Shown piece by piece: positions 29,094 to 39,425 of a DNA stretch of 64,000 nucleotides. The DNA is taken from contig OY762897.2 of assembly GCA_963666515.2 (NCBI GenBank), forward strand, positions 3,456,001-3,520,000, written 5' to 3'. The notes under the pieces were generated by a model that saw only the letters and a list, made by a program, of their open reading frames with translations, ran no database searches and was not told the DNA's origin. How positions within the stretch are numbered: position 1 is the stretch's first letter; the number at the start of each line of letters is the position of its first letter. The translations under genes were made by a program, and so were the position numbers. The DNA comes from Candidatus Binatia bacterium. GTDB taxonomy: Bacteria; Desulfobacterota; Binatia; UBA9968; JAJDTQ01.

Positions 29094-32000
29094 TCAAGCG
29101 GTCATCATCTCCTTCAGATAGTCGTACTCGTCGTTGCGTTCCGGGAACAGGATATGCTCGTTCGCGAAATCCGACCGGCTTGGGTTGCCGTACCATCGCT
29201 TCCGCAGCTTCTCGTAGGGCGTCTCCGAAACGATATAGGAGTCCAGTGTCACGGTATCTGGCCCTGAGCCTTTGCGCATTGCTTCGGAAAGCAGTCGCAA
29301 TCGCTGGTATAACCGTACCTTGTCACTATGCTCTGGTGCATCCTCATGCACCATACCGTGCGGCTCCACGAAGACAATTCGCTGGGCGGCGGCCGTCTTT
29401 ATCCAGAGGATGAAATCGGGGTAGAAGCCGCTGTTCTCGAAGAACCCCACTCCCGCGCCCCTACCCTGGTTCCGCAACAGGAACACCTCCGTTTCGTGCG
29501 GGCTGGCACTCTGACGTTTATCCCAGTACTCTTTCAGGTCCTTCACGAATCTCTGCTCGCTCTCCGTCAGTCCCGGCGGGGACATCTTCAGCGGCTTGTC
29601 ACGCTTCTCCACCAGCAGCGGCTGATAGAGGTGACGGTCGAAGTAGATGCGCGGCAGGCTGTCGCGGTCATTCTCGTACAGCGCTTGGCAATCGGCGATG
29701 AGGTGTTCAATCTCTTCGATCAACTCCTGCTCCGACCTCGACACTCCCACAATGTACCTGCCCTGATCGTCGGCAACATTGAATCTGAAATTGGGATCAG
29801 TCTCATCGAGCGTCTTGTAGACCATATGGCTGGATTCCCATCCCTCGCGACTGTGCCGGTAGAGCCTTTCCGCGTACTGCTTGAGTATGCCGGTCACCAC
29901 GTTCTGCAGCCGCTCCCACTCCGCGGCACGGTCCGGGTTCGTCAGGGACTCCTCAGCGACCAACCTATAGACGGAAGGCTTGGTGGCCTCAATGATCTCC
30001 TTCAGCACGGCGGGACGCACTGCCAAATTGTCCATTCCCTTCCGCTCCTTGTACTCCATCAGGGAAAGGTACACTTTGTCCCAGTCCACCAGAGCCAGAT
30101 TGTCATGCGGTATCTCTCTCTCGACGCCGGAACTCGCGCTAATGTCCTCCATGCCCGACTCGTCGGCGTCCAGCGATTGCACTTTCACCGATACATCCAT
30201 GAACACGGGCCGCACGTTATTGACACGCTCCAGCATGATCTCCGTTTCGGTCTTGAAGTCTCGCCGGTCGTCCACCTTGGGAATGATCAGACCTTTGTCC
30301 AGGAACTCGTGGTTAGGCCGGATGAACAGCGGCAACTCCAGCAGCCCCTCGACCGGCACGCCTTCCCGTTCCAGATAATCTCTGAACTGGGCCATGTAGT
30401 TGGCGCGGACGGCGAAGATGTTCAGGGTCTCCAGGAGACCGATCTGCTCGGGGTGGTCCCCATCCAGAGCCGAGCTGCGCTTCAGCGTCATATCCTGCCC
30501 ACGCAGACGCACCCCGCGCCCGAAGAGCTGAATTATCTGTGACCCTTCGTTCTTGCCGATGTTGAGCAGGCCCATGTTGGACACGCGCCAGGAATTCCAA
30601 CCCTCGACGAATTTGCGAGAGCCGATCAGCGTCTCTATGGTCGTGCCCGGCTTCCCGATCTCGTCAAACAGCGAGCCCGACATGGCGTCCTCTTCAACTG
30701 TGATGCCGGCGTCGTCGCTCCCGACCAGATTCTTGAACTTGGCTGTATCTCCGATGTAGATCAGCCCGAAATAATCTTCCGATCCGCTCGCCTTCAACCC
30801 CAACTCGCCTTCACTCCCGCGTATGTCCGCTATGCGAAGTCCTCCTCCCGACGGAGCGTGCAACGTCCGCGCGAGTATGTCCTGATACACGGCCGGTGCG
30901 CTCGCCCCGTCTCCGTTGCGCAGGTACGGGTACTGGTCCTCGAAAACGTCATTGCCGTGCTCGTCGGTCAGCCCCGACTCGCCTTCCAGAAGCCGCGTGA
31001 TGGTCTCGGTCGCCCACGCGCCGTCCGACAGCGTACGATGCAGAAACCGCGCTACGGTAAGCATGTCGCTGCGCTCTTGTCCTCCCTCGGTTCGGACAGC
31101 GTTGACGCTGCTGCCGACGAACACCCAGAGCGGCTGCTCCAGGTTGTAGGGACGCAGCTCGGCGACCTGATGGGCAAAAACAAGCTGCTGCTCGTAGAAC
31201 GACAGCAGGTTGGCCAGCAACAGCGTGTCTGTCCGCTCCGTGGTGGTCTCCTGGCGAAGATTGAGAATGCGGAAGTCTTTGCCGTAGCCGTCCTCGTAGA
31301 AGTAGCGGTAGGAGTAGTCGAACGCGATGACCTTGCCGTACTCTGTCATCAACTCGTCGTTGCGCGCGGCCGTCAGTGCTTGACCGAAAGTCGCGCTGTA
31401 CTCGAACGTAAAACCGGTCTCACCCAGCGCGTCCCGCACCTCCCGCCATGCCTCGCCCCCGGAACCCTTGTGCCCCTCGTCGACAAAGATCAGGTTGTTG
31501 CCCTCGAAGACTTCCACCGGCACGCTCACGCCCTGGCCGCGCTTCTCGCTCACCAGCTTGGTTATCTCGGTAACCCGGACCGTATCGGCTTCCGTCCCGA
31601 ACAGCCCGCTCTCGTTCAGATCGAAACGCCGCGCGGGGACGCCGGATGCCGTGAACTCGTCCAGATGCTGCTGGCTCAACCCCTCGTTGGGAGTTATCAA
31701 CAGGATGTTGTCCAGCGGTTCCCGGTTGTAGTGGAGGTACTGCCGGTAGTTCAGGTGCATCAACAGCGTTTTGCCGCTGCCCGTCGCCATCCAGAACGCC
31801 AGCTTTTTCAGGTCGTTGGCCTCATACCGTTCCAGACTCCGGCTGCCCCTTCGGTTCGAGTTGAGCCTGGCAATGTGTTTGTTCAGGGACGCCAGAAGCG
31901 CGGCGGCGCTATGACTGTACCGATCAAGGAAGATCTCCGTGTAGAGGGCTGCCAGGTACTGGAAGTAGCGCAGCGTGACTGGCTGGGCCCGGCCCTCGTT

Positions 32001-32273
32001 CATCGCCGCCAAATGCTCGCGGATGTTGTCGTCGTAGCGCCGCAAGTCTTCCGTGGAAATCTCTGCATCGACCCGTGCCGCCAGTCTCCGATAGACGTCG
32101 CTACGCCCTTCACCGTCGAAACCCTCTTTGCCCGGCCTTGTGTCGTCGAGCAGTTGCTTGGTGTCCGCGTAACCCAGCAGATTGTGAAGCCACGACAGTA
32201 GTGTCAGCCGCTGCTCAAGTTGAGAGTAGGAGGGGGCGGTGTTAGGGCGCGGCTTTGCGCTTCGTCGAGACAT
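29094..32273 (-). CDS. res: Type III restriction enzyme Res subunit (helicase + nuclease)
   Basis: MATGSGKT, VDEGH, YSATF, QLFGRGVRL, C-terminal FYPDFILW...VEPHG. Confidence 0.9.
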   Translation of the reverse strand: MSRRSAKPRPNTAPSYSQLEQRLTLLSWLHNLLGYADTKQLLDDTRPGKEGFDGEGRSDVYRRLAARVDAEISTEDLRRYDDNIREHLAAMNEGRAQPVTLRYFQYLAALYTEIFLDRYSHSAAALLASLNKHIARLNSNRRGSRSLERYEANDLKKLAFWMATGSGKTLLMHLNYRQYLHYNREPLDNILLITPNEGLSQQHLDEFTASGVPARRFDLNESGLFGTEADTVRVTEITKLVSEKRGQGVSVPVEVFEGNNLIFVDEGHKGSGGEAWREVRDALGETGFTFEYSATFGQALTAARNDELMTEYGKVIAFDYSYRYFYEDGYGKDFRILNLRQETTTERTDTLLLANLLSFYEQQLVFAHQVAELRPYNLEQPLWVFVGSSVNAVRTEGGQERSDMLTVARFLHRTLSDGAWATETITRLLEGESGLTDEHGNDVFEDQYPYLRNGDGASAPAVYQDILARTLHAPSGGGLRIADIRGSEGELGLKASGSEDYFGLIYIGDTAKFKNLVGSDDAGITVEEDAMSGSLFDEIGKPGTTIETLIGSRKFVEGWNSWRVSNMGLLNIGKNEGSQIIQLFGRGVRLRGQDMTLKRSSALDGDHPEQIGLLETLNIFAVRANYMAQFRDYLEREGVPVEGLLELPLFIRPNHEFLDKGLIIPKVDDRRDFKTETEIMLERVNNVRPVFMDVSVKVQSLDADESGMEDISASSGVEREIPHDNLALVDWDKVYLSLMEYKERKGMDNLAVRPAVLKEIIEATKPSVYRLVAEESLTNPDRAAEWERLQNVVTGILKQYAERLYRHSREGWESSHMVYKTLDETDPNFRFNVADDQGRYIVGVSRSEQELIEEIEHLIADCQALYENDRDSLPRIYFDRHLYQPLLVEKRDKPLKMSPPGLTESEQRFVKDLKEYWDKRQSASPHETEVFLLRNQGRGAGVGFFENSGFYPDFILWIKTAAAQRIVFVEPHGMVHEDAPEHSDKVRLYQRLRLLSEAMRKGSGPDTVTLDSYIVSETPYEKLRKRWYGNPSRSDFANEHILFPERNDEYDYLKEMMTA

Positions 32274-35200
32274 CAGCCCGTCGCTCCGGCGAACATCCTC
32301 GCCTTGAACAGCGGTTCCACCGGCTTGGCGTCGCGAATGACCGAGTCACCGTTGACGTACAGCGTTTCCGTACCGTCACTCAGACCGCTTTCCGCGACAA
32401 ATTGCCGATCTCGCGCAAAGTCTTCCTGCGTCCAACCCTCGGTATCGCGCCATACGACCGTCACGTCGCGTCCCGGCGCCTCGTGTGTCTCCCCGCGATA
32501 TACGAGGTAGCGCCGTCCGCCGTCGTCGTACACTCGCCGCGTGTGGACATGCAGCCCCAGCAGGTAGGCGAAGGTCTCCGGCACGTCTGCCGTCTGCTCT
32601 CGCGTGTTGCCGTTGGCGTGGGTGCGCAGCCGGTAGTCGAACGGCCGAGTCAACTTGGCTGCATTTAGCAGCGTCTCACTCTGCTTGGTTTCCCACTTCA
32701 GCATGTACTTGAGCAGGTAGCCGTCGATGCGGTCCTCCAGATTCAGCCGCCCCGCCTCCTCATCGAATCCGATACTATCCAGCGCGTCCTCATAGGACTC
32801 CAACCGCATGTACTTGATGATGCGGGGCGACCGTTGCACCTCTTCCGGCGTGGCATTGCGCTTGGGTCTGCCGTCCTTCCACTCGGGCGTGAATGCTACC
32901 TTCTTGATGCGCGGCAGCAGCACCGTATCGAAGTACTGACCCATCTCCACCAGAACGAACCTCCGCCTGCCGCCGTCCTCCCGGTTTAGGTTAATGACGG
33001 CGTGGCCAGTGGTGCCGGAGCCGGCGAAGTAATCGAGGCAATGCCTACCGGGTTCTACGCGAGAAGCCAAAATAGCGTCACCGACAGTATGCACGGACTT
33101 CGGATACGGAAAAGGATTATGTTTGCCGATTATGTCCCCGAGCAGATTTGCACCCAGAATTCCAGCGTTATATCGAGAGTCAGTCCAATTGCTAAAGAGG
33201 GCTGGAGTTTTATCCTCGGTAGCGATCAACTGGTATATGTTTCCGTTGTCACTACACCCCAATTTGCCGTCACGGAGCAACGACAAGCACGACTCATAGG
33301 ATCGGCGCCAGACTCGTTCTTCACTAGCCGCTCCTAGCGGATACACCCTGGTATATCCTTCTCCGGTATTGCCGGTTGGGTAGTCGGCAATTTCGACTGC
33401 GGGAGGCGGCTCTAGCCCCTTCACTTCATTGGTATTAGTATCGACCAACACGGCATAAAAGCTATTTGGACGCGCATAACGAAAGTTGCTCTCCGCAGTA
33501 CCGCTACGCTTGAACGGACGGCGCTCAATATCTTGTTTGGTCATGCGTCCCGCCAGCGTCCGATTCGATGTTCTTTTTACACAAGTGAGCATGTATTCGT
33601 GGGTAGTTGATAATGTTGTCGCTTTCCCACCTTGTGGATGGTGGTTGACGATTATCATTTCGCGGCGTAGGGACGGAAAACGCTTATCGACCAATTCACA
33701 AAGGTCAACCATCTGGAAATCATCGATAGCGATGTACGACGTTGGATCGTCAGCGAGCAACGGCATTACAGCAGAGATCCGGTTTTCCATCAAGGTGAGC
33801 CACGATGAGCGTAGGTATCCGTTTCTGTATAGGATTTCTGAATCCCCGGTATTGTAAGGTGGGTCGATATACAGACACTGAACGCTGTTGCCAAACCTCT
33901 CGTCCATCAGCCGGAGCGCCTGCCAATTCTCGCTGTGAACAAGAAGGCCATCGGTCATGTCGTCGATGTCGTCGAAGGACGCCACAAGCCGGTCGGTAAA
34001 TTCGGCGTCGAAATGGCGTGTATCGAGGGACAGTGTGGGCTGTGATTGCAGGAACGACGCTGAGCGATCGGCGCCGTCGATGCCCATCAATTCCTGCCAC
34101 TCTTCCCACTGTGCCGCATTGACGGCAATCTCCGGGTAGAAGTCTGGATCGACGTTCCCCATCGTAATGCAGTACTGCGTCTCAACGACGAACTTGCGCT
34201 TCTCCCAGAGCATCTTCTGGAAACCTTCGATCTGGGCCAGGAAGTCGATGATGTCCCTGCCGACGGACTTGATGAGGCGCATCTGCTGGAACCACCCGTC
34301 CGCGGCGTACTCGCCCGCTGCCTCCAGATTGTCCAGGTTCAGCACCTCGTTCTTGAGGTAGAAGTCCAGCTCCCGTGAGAGGAAACCGTGCAGATCCTTG
34401 TGGATGAAGAAGTCCGAATCGTTGCGCCGGATGTACTGGCGCAAGTGGTGCTCCAAGTGGCTGACCGGCTCGCCGTTCCCGTTACGCCGCCGCTCCGGAG
34501 TCAGCGCGGGCAAGGCCTCCGGTACAGCCTTCAACCGCTGTGGAATCTCGATGACGGCGTCGGCGATGATCTTGTCCTGTTGGTGGTTCCTCTGGCCGTG
34601 CCGGCTTTTTTCTTTTACAGTCAGCGGGCGATATTCGAAGGGAATCGTGACAGACCGGGCAGTTTCATCCCAGTCCGTTTTCTCAACCAGCGGCAGGAAG
34701 AACCGCCTGTCACCCTTGACATTGTTCTGCTCGACGTTAGCGGCTTCGAGCCTGAAGCGCACCGACACGCCGTTGGGCGCCTTCCAGTCGTAATTGTGGA
34801 AGTGCTCGCCGGTCTTCACGTAGTACTGGTCGCTATTCGCCCAGTGGAGATAGACCTCCTCACCGTTGTAGGGAATCGCGTACCGCTCATTGCGAGAGTA
34901 CCTCCGTCTGGAGATGAAGTCCCCATCCTGGTAGTACCGGCTGAAGAAGGTGTACAGGTGGTTGTAGGTGTCGGACTCAACGGCCTGCCGGCTACGCCGA
35001 TACTCCGCGGCCGCCTTGGCGTCCAGGTATTCCCGCCCGACCGGCGTGTCCGCGTAGGCGGTGCTCAACTCGCCGTCGGCATCCAGCGCGCGGCTGCCCA
35101 GATTCGCCACCACTTTCTGGCGGGCCTTCTCCAGGTTGGCCGTCACCCGTGCCTCCCGATCAAGGGCCCCCTGGTCCAAGTCGCCGGCGATGCGCGCGGG

Positions 35201-35359
35201 CAACCCCTCGCTGATGAACCTCTCGATGGCATCCCGCTTGTGGTTCATGATGCGGTAGATGCCGAAGTCCAGGTCCGCGCAGTCGAACTGGAACAGCTCG
35301 CGCAGCAAGCCTTGGAATTTCAGAAGGTGAGTTTCGCTGGCGGCAGATTCGCTGGTCAT
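32273..35359 (-). CDS. mod: Type III R-M Mod subunit (m6A methyltransferase)
   Basis: DLDFGIYRI N-terminus; IDPPYNTG precedes DYFAGSGTT (beta order); coupled to res. Confidence 0.9.
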   Translation of the reverse strand: MTSESAASETHLLKFQGLLRELFQFDCADLDFGIYRIMNHKRDAIERFISEGLPARIAGDLDQGALDREARVTANLEKARQKVVANLGSRALDADGELSTAYADTPVGREYLDAKAAAEYRRSRQAVESDTYNHLYTFFSRYYQDGDFISRRRYSRNERYAIPYNGEEVYLHWANSDQYYVKTGEHFHNYDWKAPNGVSVRFRLEAANVEQNNVKGDRRFFLPLVEKTDWDETARSVTIPFEYRPLTVKEKSRHGQRNHQQDKIIADAVIEIPQRLKAVPEALPALTPERRRNGNGEPVSHLEHHLRQYIRRNDSDFFIHKDLHGFLSRELDFYLKNEVLNLDNLEAAGEYAADGWFQQMRLIKSVGRDIIDFLAQIEGFQKMLWEKRKFVVETQYCITMGNVDPDFYPEIAVNAAQWEEWQELMGIDGADRSASFLQSQPTLSLDTRHFDAEFTDRLVASFDDIDDMTDGLLVHSENWQALRLMDERFGNSVQCLYIDPPYNTGDSEILYRNGYLRSSWLTLMENRISAVMPLLADDPTSYIAIDDFQMVDLCELVDKRFPSLRREMIIVNHHPQGGKATTLSTTHEYMLTCVKRTSNRTLAGRMTKQDIERRPFKRSGTAESNFRYARPNSFYAVLVDTNTNEVKGLEPPPAVEIADYPTGNTGEGYTRVYPLGAASEERVWRRSYESCLSLLRDGKLGCSDNGNIYQLIATEDKTPALFSNWTDSRYNAGILGANLLGDIIGKHNPFPYPKSVHTVGDAILASRVEPGRHCLDYFAGSGTTGHAVINLNREDGGRRRFVLVEMGQYFDTVLLPRIKKVAFTPEWKDGRPKRNATPEEVQRSPRIIKYMRLESYEDALDSIGFDEEAGRLNLEDRIDGYLLKYMLKWETKQSETLLNAAKLTRPFDYRLRTHANGNTREQTADVPETFAYLLGLHVHTRRVYDDGGRRYLVYRGETHEAPGRDVTVVWRDTEGWTQEDFARDRQFVAESGLSDGTETLYVNGDSVIRDAKPVEPLFKARMFAGATG

Positions 35360-35460
35360 AACGCCATTGCTCCCTTACGGCGTCAACTCTATCTTGTCAG
35401 GGATGGAAGAAACTCCACATTCATCAATATATGTCGGCAAGAATGCGCGATACTTTAGCG

Positions 35461-35850
35461 CTAGTGCAGCGACCGTGCCTCGCCGAGCACGAACTCGGCG
35501 ATCTGGGCGTCGAAGCGATCGCCGCCGGCGGTGACCATCTGGTAGGTGCCGTGCATGGTGCCGTAGGGGGTGGAGAGGGGGCAGCCGGAGGTGTACTCGA
35601 AGGACTCACCTTCCTCCAGCACCGGGCTCTCGCCCACCACGCCCGGTCCCTTGACCTCCTCCACGTGGCCGGTGGCGTCGGTGATGATCCAGTGGCGGCT
35701 GACGAGTTGCACGGTTTCCGAGCCGTCGTTGCTGATCTCCACGGTGTAGAGATAGAACCAGCGGTTGTGCTCGGGGAATGAACGGTTGGGGTCGTATTCG
35801 GTGGTGACTTCGACCCGGACCCCGCGTGTGACCGCCTTCGAGCTACCCAA
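35461..35850 (-). CDS. apaG: ApaG protein
   Basis: VQLVSRHWIITD, GPGVVGE, FEYTSGCPL. Confidence 0.95.
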   Translation of the reverse strand: MGSSKAVTRGVRVEVTTEYDPNRSFPEHNRWFYLYTVEISNDGSETVQLVSRHWIITDATGHVEEVKGPGVVGESPVLEEGESFEYTSGCPLSTPYGTMHGTYQMVTAGGDRFDAQIAEFVLGEARSLH

Positions 35851-35868
35851 GGGAACCTCCCTCTTCGT

Positions 35869-37116
35869 TCACTTCGATTCCCCGCACACCGACAGGATGG
35901 TGAGCGCGTACACCTTGGTGGCGGCGACGAGATCGTCGATCTTCATGGCGCGATTGCGCGCCTGGCTGATGTCTTCCCTCTGGCGGGGCGGCCCGTAGCA
36001 CACGGCCGGAATCCCCGTCTCGTTGAACATGTTCATGTCGCGCCACATGCTGATCTCGGCCGAGGGCGGCGCCGGGGGATCAGCGCCCATGACGTCGCGG
36101 TGGGCTTGGTCGATGGAGTCGATCAGCATGTCGGCGTTCCGCGCCACGTGCCCCCTGGAATACTGGTAGACCGACACCTCCGAGTCGAAGTCCAGGGTCG
36201 CCATCACCGCTTCGATCTCGCGCCTAATGGCCTGCGGATCGGTCTTGGGCACGATGCGCACGTCGTAGTAGATGTCGCAGTAGCCGGGGCCGCCCCGGGT
36301 CGCGGCCACCTGGGCCTTGGGGATCATGGTGCCGCCGGGGAACTCGAAGCGCGCCTTGTGCTCATAGTCGATGGCCCATTGTTCCAGCGCGATGACCGCG
36401 TGGGCCATCTTGATGTAGGGGTTGGGGTGGGCCCGCAGGGACTCGCCCCTTTCCAGCCGCGGGGTGTACAGCTCGCGGCCCTTGCAGCGGATCTTGAGCC
36501 AGACCGCGCCGCACTCCCCCATGATGATCCCGAATCCGGAGGTCTCGCCGACGAGGGCGTAGTCGGCGGTGACGCCTCGGTTGACCAGCCACCAAGCGCC
36601 GAAGCCCTCGCCCGGGAAGTTTACGCCCTGGGTGTCGTCCACCGACGGCTCGCCGGTCTCGGTGGCCACGCCGGTGACGTAGAGGTCGCCGCCGAGCACC
36701 ACGCCCGCCTTGTTGAGCGCCCTGGCCGCGATCATGAAGGCGCAGAGCTGGGCCTTGTCGTTGATGAGGCCCTTGCCGAACATCAGGTCGCCGTCCACCC
36801 ACGCCCCTTCCATCCGCACGTCCGCCTCGGAGGCGTCGGCGGATAACTCGGGGCCCGTGTCCATGTGGGCGTTGAGGATGAGGCTCGATCCGCCGCCCGC
36901 GCCCCGGATCAGGCCCACCGCGTTCACGCTCTCGTCGGTGATCCACTGGAGCCAAGCCTCGATGCCGTTGCGCTTGAGCCATGCCACGGTCGCTTCGCCG
37001 AGCGCTCTTTCCCTGGCATGAGGGCTGGGGATGTTGCCCAGCTCCAGGCACAACTGGACGAGATCCTCGCGGTCCTGTTCGATGATTTCCTTGAGGCGCT
37101 GTGCGGTATCGATCAT
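35869..37116 (-). CDS. M20/ArgE-DapE family metallo-hydrolase (atypical)
   Basis: LILNAHMDT, GKGLINDK, VGETS, WRDMN; start 37116 or 37128. Confidence 0.75.
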   Translation of the reverse strand: MIDTAQRLKEIIEQDREDLVQLCLELGNIPSPHARERALGEATVAWLKRNGIEAWLQWITDESVNAVGLIRGAGGGSSLILNAHMDTGPELSADASEADVRMEGAWVDGDLMFGKGLINDKAQLCAFMIAARALNKAGVVLGGDLYVTGVATETGEPSVDDTQGVNFPGEGFGAWWLVNRGVTADYALVGETSGFGIIMGECGAVWLKIRCKGRELYTPRLERGESLRAHPNPYIKMAHAVIALEQWAIDYEHKARFEFPGGTMIPKAQVAATRGGPGYCDIYYDVRIVPKTDPQAIRREIEAVMATLDFDSEVSVYQYSRGHVARNADMLIDSIDQAHRDVMGADPPAPPSAEISMWRDMNMFNETGIPAVCYGPPRQREDISQARNRAMKIDDLVAATKVYALTILSVCGESK

Positions 37117-37185
37117 GCCCCTATTCATACTCGACGGCCAGATTCCCTGCAAGGAACGTGCGCGTCAGCGTTGGCCCAGCCGTGA

Positions 37186-37310
37186 TGGGCCCCGGATCAA
37201 GCTTGCCCTGGGCTTGACCCGGGGCCCGGGGTGACGCTTTCCGTCATTCCGGGCTTGACCCGGAATCCAGACGCCCGTTCTCTGGACCCTGGATCGTGTC
37301 CGGGGTGACG
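37186..37310. repeat. Cluster of REP-like palindromes
   Basis: gtcattccgggcttgacccggaatcca plus degenerate inverted copies ending ccggggtgacg. Confidence 0.7.
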
Positions 37311-37382
37311 TTATGGTGAAGGACCGTGGTCGCTACCGCAAGTTGAATCTGTTACAGGTCTCGGACAGTAGGAGGTGGTAGC

Positions 37383-38360
37383 GTGGCCAGGCAACGACCG
37401 AATTCACGGATGAAGCGGGTCAAGGCGATGCTGGAGATCGCCGCCGGCGCCTACGGCGACCGCAAGCTCGACCTGGGCGTGGCGCTGGACGTCTCCATCC
37501 GCTCCAGCGACGAGGAGGACAACATCTTCCCGCCGCTCCGGCTCGGCGTCCACGGCGAGCTCATGGGCGGCATGAAGGCGCCCATTGAGGTGGGAAAACG
37601 CCGGGTCGATGTCTCCCACGTGAACCCGTCGGTCATCGCCACCATGGCTTACCGCGGCAAGGGTTTCTACAAGGAACCGCTGCCCCTGCGGGCGCTGGCG
37701 TGCTTTCCTTCCTGGGACCGCATCGCCTTCGTCGTCTCGGCCGAGTTGGGAATCCGCTCGGTGCGGGACATCGTCCGGAACAAGATACCGTTGACCGTGT
37801 CTACCCGGGCCTCGGGAATCGACAACTCCACCGCCTACGCCATTTCCAACATCATGTCGCTGTACGGTCTGTCGTTCCGGAAGATCGTCCGTTGGGGCGG
37901 CAAGATCGACGAGTGCGCTCATCCCTCCTCCCCCAAGCGCATCGAATCCATCAAGGCGAGACGCGTGGACGCGGTATTCGATGAAGGGTTGCCGACCAAA
38001 TGGCTGGAGGCCGCTCTGGAGAACGGCTACGAGGTGCTCCATCTCGACGAGGACGTGATCCGGGGCATGGAGGACCTCGGCTTCAAGCGAGCCGTGATAC
38101 CCAAACGACAGTTCCCCGGCCTCAAGGAAGACGTCCGCACCGTGGACTTCAGCGGCTGGCCCATCATCACGCACAAGTGGCTGAGCAAAGACATGGCCTA
38201 CTCGCTGTGCGAATCCATCTACCGCCGCCGCCGCGATATCCCGGTGGACGCCGCCCGTCTGAACATACGGGAGGTCTGCCGCGACACCGACGCCGGCCCG
38301 CTGGGCATCCCGCTGCACCCCGGCGCGAAGCAGTTCTACAAGGACAAAGGGTTTCTATAG
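37383..38360 (+). CDS. TAXI-family solute-binding-fold protein lacking a signal peptide
   Basis: PLRALACFP, VDAVFDEG, TVDFSGWP, IPLHPGAKQFYKDKGFL; AGGAGG RBS with GTG start. Confidence 0.75.
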   Translation: MARQRPNSRMKRVKAMLEIAAGAYGDRKLDLGVALDVSIRSSDEEDNIFPPLRLGVHGELMGGMKAPIEVGKRRVDVSHVNPSVIATMAYRGKGFYKEPLPLRALACFPSWDRIAFVVSAELGIRSVRDIVRNKIPLTVSTRASGIDNSTAYAISNIMSLYGLSFRKIVRWGGKIDECAHPSSPKRIESIKARRVDAVFDEGLPTKWLEAALENGYEVLHLDEDVIRGMEDLGFKRAVIPKRQFPGLKEDVRTVDFSGWPIITHKWLSKDMAYSLCESIYRRRRDIPVDAARLNIREVCRDTDAGPLGIPLHPGAKQFYKDKGFL

Positions 38361-38527
38361 GCGCAACAGCTGGCGGGTGAGTGATTTGATTGGTATAAGG
38401 TACAGACTTGCCGGCATTTCACACGCGGTCCGTTGAAGGATCTTGGCAATGCGCCGAGCCGCTGAAACACTGCATGACGGCAGGCATGGCTCGTCCATTG
38501 ATCACCGAACTAAAAGGAGGAGCAAGT

Positions 38528-38857
38528 ATGACGAGAACTACCGCATTGTTGGGGTTTGCCCTGGCACTTGTGTTCCTGGTCTCGGCGTGTGCAACACCGA
38601 AAGTGGTCAGTGTCCAGAAAATCGGTGACGACGACCTGAATTGCCAACAGATCAAAGAGCAGTTTGCCGAGGCCCAGGATTTCGAAAGAAAGGCGCGAAG
38701 AGAGAAGGGTGCAACGGGGACAAATGTCGCGGCAGTGGTGTTCTTCTGGCCAGCCTTGCTGGCGACCTACTCGAACATTGAAGAAGCCGTGAACGCTGCG
38801 AGGGATCGGCAGGACCGTCTCCAGAAGCTCGCGGCAAAGAAGGGCTGTAAGATTTGA
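38528..38857 (+). CDS. Small lipoprotein, unknown function
   Basis: Lipobox VSAC; AGGAGG RBS; paired Cys (LNC...KGC). Confidence 0.75.
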   Translation: MTRTTALLGFALALVFLVSACATPKVVSVQKIGDDDLNCQQIKEQFAEAQDFERKARREKGATGTNVAAVVFFWPALLATYSNIEEAVNAARDRQDRLQKLAAKKGCKI

Positions 38858-38973
38858 ACTGCTCTTGCACCAAGTACCCCTATAACGATCTCTGACGGAA
38901 AGATCCCGGATTTCCGGCAGTTGGCGGGAGAATAAGGGAAGACGACGCGTAGTGCGCCTGTACCGTCGTGTGG

Positions 38974-39348
38974 TCAGTCTCTGGCCACGGTCAACGTCAT
39001 GCGATGGCCCTGGACCACCCGGATCTCGGCGCCCGCGGGGATTGCTGCCGCTCCCGTTTCGGTGCGCGCGCGCCACAACTCGCCGTTGACGTAGACGTAT
39101 CCGTTGGGATCGAGGGTGTCTCGCGCGACGCCGCGCCGGCCCACGAGGCGGGCGGCGCCCGTGGCTTCGAGTTGGTAGGCCCGGCGCAGGAACGGATAGA
39201 AGATCACGTCCTTCAGCACCACCACGCCCAGCACGGTGAGGGCCACCCACACCGGCAGCCCCAGCCACGCGTGCAGCACGGCCACCAGGACGGCCGTGAG
39301 GGCCCAGCCGGGAACCTGAAACAGATAGTAGCGGGTGATGGTCCGCAT
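38974..39348 (-). CDS. NfeD-family protein (TM + OB fold)
   Basis: Two TM helices, then GYVYVNGELWRAR and LTV. Confidence 0.8.
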   Translation of the reverse strand: MRTITRYYLFQVPGWALTAVLVAVLHAWLGLPVWVALTVLGVVVLKDVIFYPFLRRAYQLEATGAARLVGRRGVARDTLDPNGYVYVNGELWRARTETGAAAIPAGAEIRVVQGHRMTLTVARD

Positions 39349-39425
39349 CGGGGTCCAGGAGGCCGTCCGAGTCGTCCGGAGCCTGCCGCGAGACGGTATT
39401 CGATGACCCGGGCCGGCCTCTCGAA

